64,000 nucleotides of DNA from the human T2T-CHM13v2.0 reference genome, Homo sapiens. The DNA is taken from NCBI RefSeq assembly GCF_009914755.1, contig NC_060935.1. One strand, 5' to 3'. The position numbers and the translations under genes are program-made. Within the stretch, counting starts at the first letter, position 1. Each line of letters starts with the position of its first letter. Below are positions 55,558-64,000 of the stretch, piece by piece. The notes under the pieces are model-generated. The model was given only the letters and a program-made list of their open reading frames with translations. It was not told the origin of the DNA and did not search any database.

Positions 55558-57269
55558 ATTCATATATTGGTTCATATCCACACAAATACTTCATTACTCC
55601 ATCAACTGAGAAGGCCTAAAAGAAAGAATACCAATAGCATCTAAATTTAGCACCCATATCTTGATTGCCTTATCATTCTCCCATAAAAGGAACCAGGTTT
55701 CCCCAGAGAAATAACTGATACTAAGAGTTGGGTGGGAAGTATGTAAGATAAGCCTTGAATATCTTGGTGTTTCAGAAATTTTAAAATTACTCAAAACAAA
55801 CAGATAAGAGCTCCCAAAGGCCAAAGCTGAAACAATTTGAGCAAAATTATATAAGTAGCTTTGGATTATAACCCAAAGTATAAAATAAATCTCTCCATAT
55901 TGATGTCAATACATTATTAGTACATTAATAAATTGGTGAGATGACTCGAATCCCCTGTGCAAGGAAATTCCAAATAGTTTTTTTTTTATGTAGATACCCT
56001 ACCTTCTAGGAGAAGGGGCAAAATAACTCACTACATTAAGTGTGGGATATGTATAATCACTTCCTTACAAAGACTACACTATTGAAAGAATAATGGGGTT
56101 GGGGGGAAGGAGAATAACATTATAGTGAGTAAACCTGATAAACACATTCTCAGGACATCAGGCCAACATCAGCAATAAAAAATCATCTTGACAATATGTA
56201 CCCTTGTTAAGATTGGATGAAAATTAAACTTTAGGCTTATAGTCACAAAACCATAACCCCACTATACTTATGATAAAAATGGACAAATTACAATAGAGGA
56301 CATCCTACAAAATGCCTGAGCAGTCATCCTCAAAACCATCAAGGTGAACAAAAACAAGAAAAGTCTGAGAAACTATCACAATTAAGAATCGCCTAAGGAG
56401 ACATAACTTCTAAATGTAATGAGGGATCCTGGAACAGAAAAAGAGCAATAGGTAAAAACCATGCAAATAGGAATGAACTATGAACTCTAGGTAATAATGG
56501 TTATTAATCATGGTTCATTTATTGTTGCAAACATACCATACTAATGTAAAATGTTAATTACAAGAGAAATTTGGTATAGAGCATATGGGAATTATTGATG
56601 CTATCTTATAAATTTTTCTATAAATTAGAAATTTTCTTAAAAAGCATTTTATTTTTTAAAGATGGGCAAATCCCACAATTATTTCTGTTTCCCAAGAACT
56701 CCAAAGCCCTTTCATCTGAAAGAGGAAGGGTAAGAACGATGACATGCCATGTGACATTTTCCTCAAGGCCACTGCTAAATGGGCTAGGAGTAGAGCCACA
56801 TGGTATTAGTTCATTTCCTAGGAATTTAGAGTCAAGACTGATATAGTATTCAGAAGAGTCTGAAGTAGACAAATCCAAACATATGGAACTGAAAAGCAGA
56901 GGAAAAATCTTTCTACAGAATGAGAAGAGAATGAGACAGTCCTGGTGTTTTTTGCTTCTCTTTCTAGCCACATCCTATGAATCAGTTGCATTGTTGCCCT
57001 TGATTTCCACAAGTCACCCCTCTATGCTCCCATTTTTTTCCTCCAGGTAGTAATTATGCATTGAAGTTCATGTCTGTAAACCTAAGTGACAAAAATACCT
57101 TCCCTCAAGGGTCTCATATCCTAGTGTCAAACATTCTCCTTATTACTCCAGCCATACTGACCACGACATCCTTATTCCAAGTTTCTTTAATATAAAAATT
57201 TCCCTTCATCTCCAGATCTTGATAGACACTTCTATCCCTATTATTGGAATACTTTAATAAATCTAGCAA

Positions 57270-57674
57270 TCTTCCAATAATGCTGTTTGTCCCACAAAAA
57301 CAGACTCTGACTCAGAGATTTATTTAAATCAATACCCATGAAAAGGTAGAGAATGAATCAGGAGTGGGTAGGAAAAACTAAGTTGCAATGCCATCCAACA
57401 AAGGCCTCAGCAGACCCCAGCGGAAAATCTAGAGCTAGAATGGCCCTTTTGATGTGTCCTAGGTTTGCTTGGACAGCTGTGTCTTTATGCTTCATTCAGT
57501 GTGCTTCCCCCAGAAAAAGGCATAAACTTGAATGAAGTAGTGTTTTTCAGTAGCAGAGATCTCCAGGAAGGGTTGAGAACTGAGATCTGACTTCTGACAG
57601 CACTTGCAGCAGGTTCAATAATATTTTCTTCATTCTTAACGGGAATTTGGGCAGAGAATCAAGGCATCCACTAC
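57270..57674 (-). mobile_element. LTR16-like (ERVL) LTR
   Basis: cagactctga, aaaggcctcagcagaccccag, gcatccactaca terminus. Confidence 0.65.
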
Positions 57675-57896
57675 ACCTCAATTTCATCTACATATCTCAG
57701 CATTCCTAAGCCAAAATATACACCACCCCATCCTAGGTTGGATTTATCTCACATGTGCTAAGTTCACACTATATTTTTTCCCAAAACTTAAAACAAAATG
57801 AATGTAGTTGATTCATTCTTCCCCACTAATTTGCAGGCTCATCAAGGCAAGAGCTCTGTTTGATTCACCACTTAAATCCTAGAATTAGAAAATGGC

Positions 57897-58308
<412 letters not shown>

Positions 58309-59149
58309 TCAACTATCAAGACTTCTGTCTCTAAATTAAATTGTGACAGTTTGTATATCTATTAAAAAATTGATGCCCCTGGTATCATCACACATTAATA
58401 AAATCTTTATCATTATTTAAGAACCTTGTATCTAAAATTCAACATAGCTTTAAAGGAATAGTGACATTAGAAAACAAATGTTCAGCTATTCATAAAAAGC
58501 CACAAAAATTCATCCCATATATATATACCTAGATGTTACTCATACTGTCTTGTCTTTTGTAATTTATATAAATTGTCTCAAACTGTCTATCTCAATTCTG
58601 ATGAAAAGTGAAAAATTACCTGGCAAGATTTTCAAAATATTAGGGAACCTAAATTCTCATATTCACGTCATTGCTTAAAGTTCTTGTTGAACCTAAAATC
58701 TCAGCCACCTAAGCATCTCTCATCTCATGATGGCTATTTTCTGTCCCTTCCCTATGGAAAGAAGTGAAACACATCTCCCCTTACGTTATCCTAGAAAATA
58801 TTTGTGAGTATCTAATTTTACCAAGACTTGGGACCACAAGAATTATACTACATAACTTTAATAAGAAAACGAGAAAAGCAGTACTGAATATTTATTCAGG
58901 TCTTAAGTGGCAAGGCAGAAGTATATTGACAGCTGCCATTTATTGATCATCCTGCCTAACTCTTCTGCTTCAAGGACAGAAAAAAATAATTCATTCTTTC
59001 TCTCTCTCCTCTCTGCCCTCTCCTTGTATTTTTTAATCTAAACTGATACTACAAAATATTTGATAATTTTTTAACATAAAACATAATTTTTCATAACTTT
59101 GCATTTTTTCTCCATGATGCAATATTTTTTTCTCCATAAATTAACCAAG

Positions 59150-59875
59150 TTTCTGTTTCCAGTTCAAATGTAAGAATCTTGAAAGTCAGCACTGTGTCCA
59201 TACATCCTAACAAAACTGAAAAGACTGAGAAATTAACAATTCTTCTACAGTTTATAAGAAAAGTGAAGACACAGAAAAAAACACTGCTGTCAAGATTAGC
59301 CAGACAGACGGGTGAATACAGGGAGTCTCAGCTTAAATAGGGCAGAGACTTACAAGTGCAGGAACCAGCACCAGGGTAGGAAAACCTGAACTGTAATTAA
59401 TGAATTGCTGGAGTATCAGTGTCAATAAAAATGAGAGTTAAATACTCCAGAAGAAATAAATTTATGGTAGGGGTATGGTGGTAGGGGGGACAATTTAATG
59501 AGATTTATCTCAAGCAGCTCTACCAGGTTCTCACAGTAAATATTGGGGGAAAATGTCCACATGGTGCTGACAGGGGGAGAGGAAAAGGAACCATTTTAAA
59601 ATATGCCAGAGCACTCAGTTGTTACTAACAGGTCTGCATTCAGGAGAAACTAGTTAAACACAGCCTAACTGCTGGAGTACTATTGGCACCTAACTGACCG
59701 GGAAGAAGAAAAATACCCAACCCCAGCCCACTCTAGCTCTCCTTTCCCACCTGTTAGGGAAGAAAAAAATTGAGAAACACATGGGAAGTTCACAGTCCAA
59801 AAGGTTAGGCTTACTAAAAAGCTGAGACATAATCATAAGACTACAAAATGCTTCTCCTCCCACCACATATTATCA
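59150..59875 (+). mobile_element. Old L1M 5' region
   Basis: Start resembles L1M 5' ends (tttctgtttccagt...aatgta); family uncertain. Confidence 0.5.
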
Positions 59876-60106
59876 CCTAAACCTAAAGACTCCACCAAAA
59901 AAACTGTTATACGTGACAAACAAATTCAGTAAAATTTCAGGATACAAAATCAACATACAAAAATAATTTGTATTTCTATATGCCAGGAGTGACCAATCTG
60001 CATAAGAAATCAAGAAAGCAATTCTGTTTACAATAGCTACCAAAAAAAAAACCTAAGAATAAACTTAGCCAAGGAAGTGAAAGATCCCTATAATGAAAAC
60101 TATAAA

Positions 60107-60972
60107 GTCTAATATCCAGCACCTGTAAGGAGCTTAAAGAAGTCTACAAGAAAAACAACCCCATTAAAAAGTGGGCAAAGGGCAAGAACAGACACTTTTC
60201 AAAAGAAGACATACATATGGCCAAGAATCATATGAAAAAAAGCTCAACATTACTGATTAGAGAAATGCAAATCAAAACTACAATAAGATACCATCTCACA
60301 CCAGTCAGAATGGCTATTATTAAAAAGTCAAAAAATAACAGATGCTGGTGAGGTTGTGGAGAAAAAGAAACACATATATACTGTTGGTAGAAGTGTAAAT
60401 CAGTCCAACCATAGTAGAAGACAGACAGAAATACCATTCAACCTAGCAATCCCATTACTGGGTATATACCCAAAGGAATATAAATCATTCTGTTATAAAG
60501 ACAGAATGTGTATGTTCATTGCAGCTATATTCACAGTAGCAAAGACATGGAATCAACCTAAATACCTATTAATGATAGACCAGATAGAGAAAATATGGCA
60601 CATGTACACCATGGAATATTATGCAACCACACAAAAGAATGCCATCATGTCCATGGCAGGGACATGGATGGAGCTAGAAGTCATTATCCTTAGCAAACTA
60701 ATGCGGGAACAGTAAACCAAATACTGAGTGTTCTCAATTATAAGTAGGAGATAAATCATGAGAACACATGGACACATAGAGGAGAAAAACGCTCACCTAT
60801 TGGAGGGTGGAGGGTAGGAGTAGGGAAAGAATCAGGAAAAATAACTAATAGGTACTAGGCATAATACCTGGGTGATGAAATAATCTGTACAACAAACCCC
60901 CATGACACAAGTTTACCTATGTAACAAACCTAAACATGTACCCTGAACTTAAAAGTTCAAAAAAAAAAAAAA
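60107..60972 (+). mobile_element. 5'-truncated L1PA (L1PA13-16-like)
   Basis: ORF 60356..60715 is the ORF2 C-terminus; poly-A; perfect TSD aaaactataaa. Confidence 0.9.
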
Positions 60973-61299
60973 ACTATAAAACACTGATGAAACAGGACAT
61001 GCAAAAAGATGAAAAGTTATTCGAGGTTTATGGAATGGACTAATTATTATTGTTCAAATGTCCATATTACTTGGAGCATTTAACATATTCAATGCAATAT
61101 CTATCAATGTAGCAATGATATTCTTCACAGAAATAGGAAACAAAATTCTAAAATTTATATAGGACCAAAAAAAGACCACAAATAGCCAAAGCAATCTTGA
61201 GCACAAAGAACAAAGCTGGAGGCATCACGTTATCTGACTTCAAAATATATTATAAAATTATAGTAAACAGGATGGTACTGGCATGAAAACAGAAACATA

Positions 61300-61765
<466 letters not shown>

Positions 61766-62255
61766 TTAAAACCCTATCTGTCACCATCTACACCAAAATC
61801 AACTCAAAGTGGGTTAAATATTTATGTGTAAGTTCTGAAACTATAAACTACTACAATAAAATATACATTGGGCAAACACTTTAGAACATTGGTGTGGGCA
61901 AAGATTTCTTGAATAAGACCTTAAAAGCACAGCCAACCAAAGCAAAAATTGTCAAATGGAATTACATCAAGCTAAAAAGCTTCTGGAAAACAAAGAATAC
62001 AGTCAACAAAGTGAAGAGACAACTTGCAGAATGAAAGAAAATATTTGCAAACTACCCATCTAACAAGGAATTAATAATCAAAATATATAAGGAACTCAAA
62101 CAACTCAATCGCAAAAAAATTAGTCTGATTTTAAAATGGGCAAATTGTCTGAAAAGACATTTCACAAAAGTGGACATACAAATGGCCAACAGGTATATGA
62201 AAAAATGCCTAGCATTACTAACCATCAGGGAAATACAAGTTAAAACTGCAGTGGA

Positions 62256-62559
62256 GGCTGGGTGCGGTGGCTCACACCTGTAATCCCAGCACTTTGGGAG
62301 GCCGAGGCAGGCAGATCATGATGTCAGGAGATCGAGAGCATCCTGGTTAACATGGTGAAACCCATTCTCTCCTAAAAATACAAAAGATTAGCCGGGCGTG
62401 GTGACGGGCGCCTGTAGTCCCAGCTACTCAGGAGGCTGAGGCAGAAGAATTGTGTGAACCCAGGAGATGGAGCTTGCAGTGAGTCGAGATCGGGTCACTG
62501 CACTCCAGCCTGGGTGACAGAGTGAGACTCCGTCTCAAAAAAAAAAGAGAAAAAAAAAA
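62256..62559 (+). mobile_element. AluY
   Basis: TSD tgcagtgga. Confidence 0.94.
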
Positions 62560-63163
62560 GTGCAGTGGAACATAATCTCACTCCAGTCAAAATGACTATT
62601 ATCAAAAAGACAGAAAATAATAAATGCTAGTGAAGATGCAGAGAAATAAGAACACTTGTATACTTTTTGGGGAACTGTAAATTAGTGCCACCACTATGGA
62701 AAACAGTACGGAGATTCCTCAAAAAGCTAGAACTGGATCTAGTTAGTATATGATCCAGCAATCTCACTGCTGCATTAAAAAAAGAAGAAGAAAAATATAT
62801 ATCATATATCAAAGCGATATCTGCATTTCCACTACTTCAGCAGTGTTCACAATAACCAAGACACGGAATCATTCAAAGTGTCCATCAAAACATGAATAGA
62901 TAAAGAAAATGTGATAAATATACATAATGGAATAGTATTCAGCCATTAAAAAGAGAATGAAATCTTGTTATTTGCAGCAACATGGATAGAACTGAAAGAC
63001 ATTTTGTTAAGTGAAATAAGCCAGGCACAGAAAGACAAATATCACATATTCTCTCATACATCAGAGCTAAAAAAATTGATCTCATGGAGGTAAAAAATAG
63101 AAAGGTAGTTACCAGAGGCTGGGAAGAGAAGTGTGTGTTGGAGGGATTAAGGAAGGTTGATTA

Positions 63164-63512
<349 letters not shown>

Positions 63513-63752
63513 CTAGTGCTCAGTAGCACAATAGGATCACTATAGCTAACAATACTAATTTATCATATATTTTAAAATAGCTCAAAGAGATTTGAAACAT
63601 TTCCAACACACACACACAAAATAAATATTTGAGGTGATGGATATCCCAATTATCCAGGTTCTATTATTATCCATGAATGCTTGTATCAAAATATCACATA
63701 TACCCCATAAATATGAATAGCTATTCTCAATCCATGAAAATTAAAAAATAAA

Positions 63753-64000
63753 TCTACAACATAACCAAGTGGGATTTATCTCAAATATGCAAGCCTCATT
63801 CAAATTTAAGCAGTGATTAATGTAATCTACCACATCAACAAGCTAAAAAGAAAAATTATGTGATCATATCAATAAGTGTTAAAAAGGCATTTGACAAAAC
63901 CCGACACCCATTCATTATCTCTCAGCAAGCTAGGAATAGATTGAGAACTTTCTCAACTTAATAAAGAACATCTACCAAAAAACCTAGAGCTAAAATCACA
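63753..64000 (+). mobile_element. Old L1M ORF2 (RT) fragment, runs off the window
   Basis: accaagtgggatttatc...gcatttgacaaaa (QVGFI..AFDK). Confidence 0.8.

Noticed and set aside
56618-56971. 117-aa minus-strand ORF with basic N-terminus
   Set aside because: Non-ATG start, no domain, partly in L1 tail and probable old repeat sequence.

Overview
Primate (probably human or great-ape) genomic DNA, AT-rich and dominated by retroelements. I count 32 Alu elements (about 14-15 AluY-type), many nested LINE-1 fragments (a 5.1-kb L1PA inside an older L1PA, plus L1MA/MB/MC relics), about a dozen LTR remnants (MaLR, ERVL, ERV1), L2/MIR relics, one probable hAT DNA transposon and several microsatellites. 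No credible host protein-coding gene, RNA gene or CpG island is visible. The ORF track consists of Alu and L1 translations and chance frames, so this looks like intergenic or long-intron DNA. I found no new gene system. The most notable structures are: a polyadenylated ERV LTR retrocopy fused behind an AluY, with intact promoter motifs and a tandem IRF-type site (23783-24094); an ancient L1 with a clean twin-priming 5' inversion (3937-6374); an inverted Alu pair only 15 bp apart next to an Alu remnant (17182-17855); a collapsed MER31-like provirus; a strong CTCF motif; a candidate enhancer; and a candidate recursive splice site. Repeat family names come from recalled consensus features and need RepeatMasker/Dfam confirmation. 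Boundaries of old repeats are approximate.
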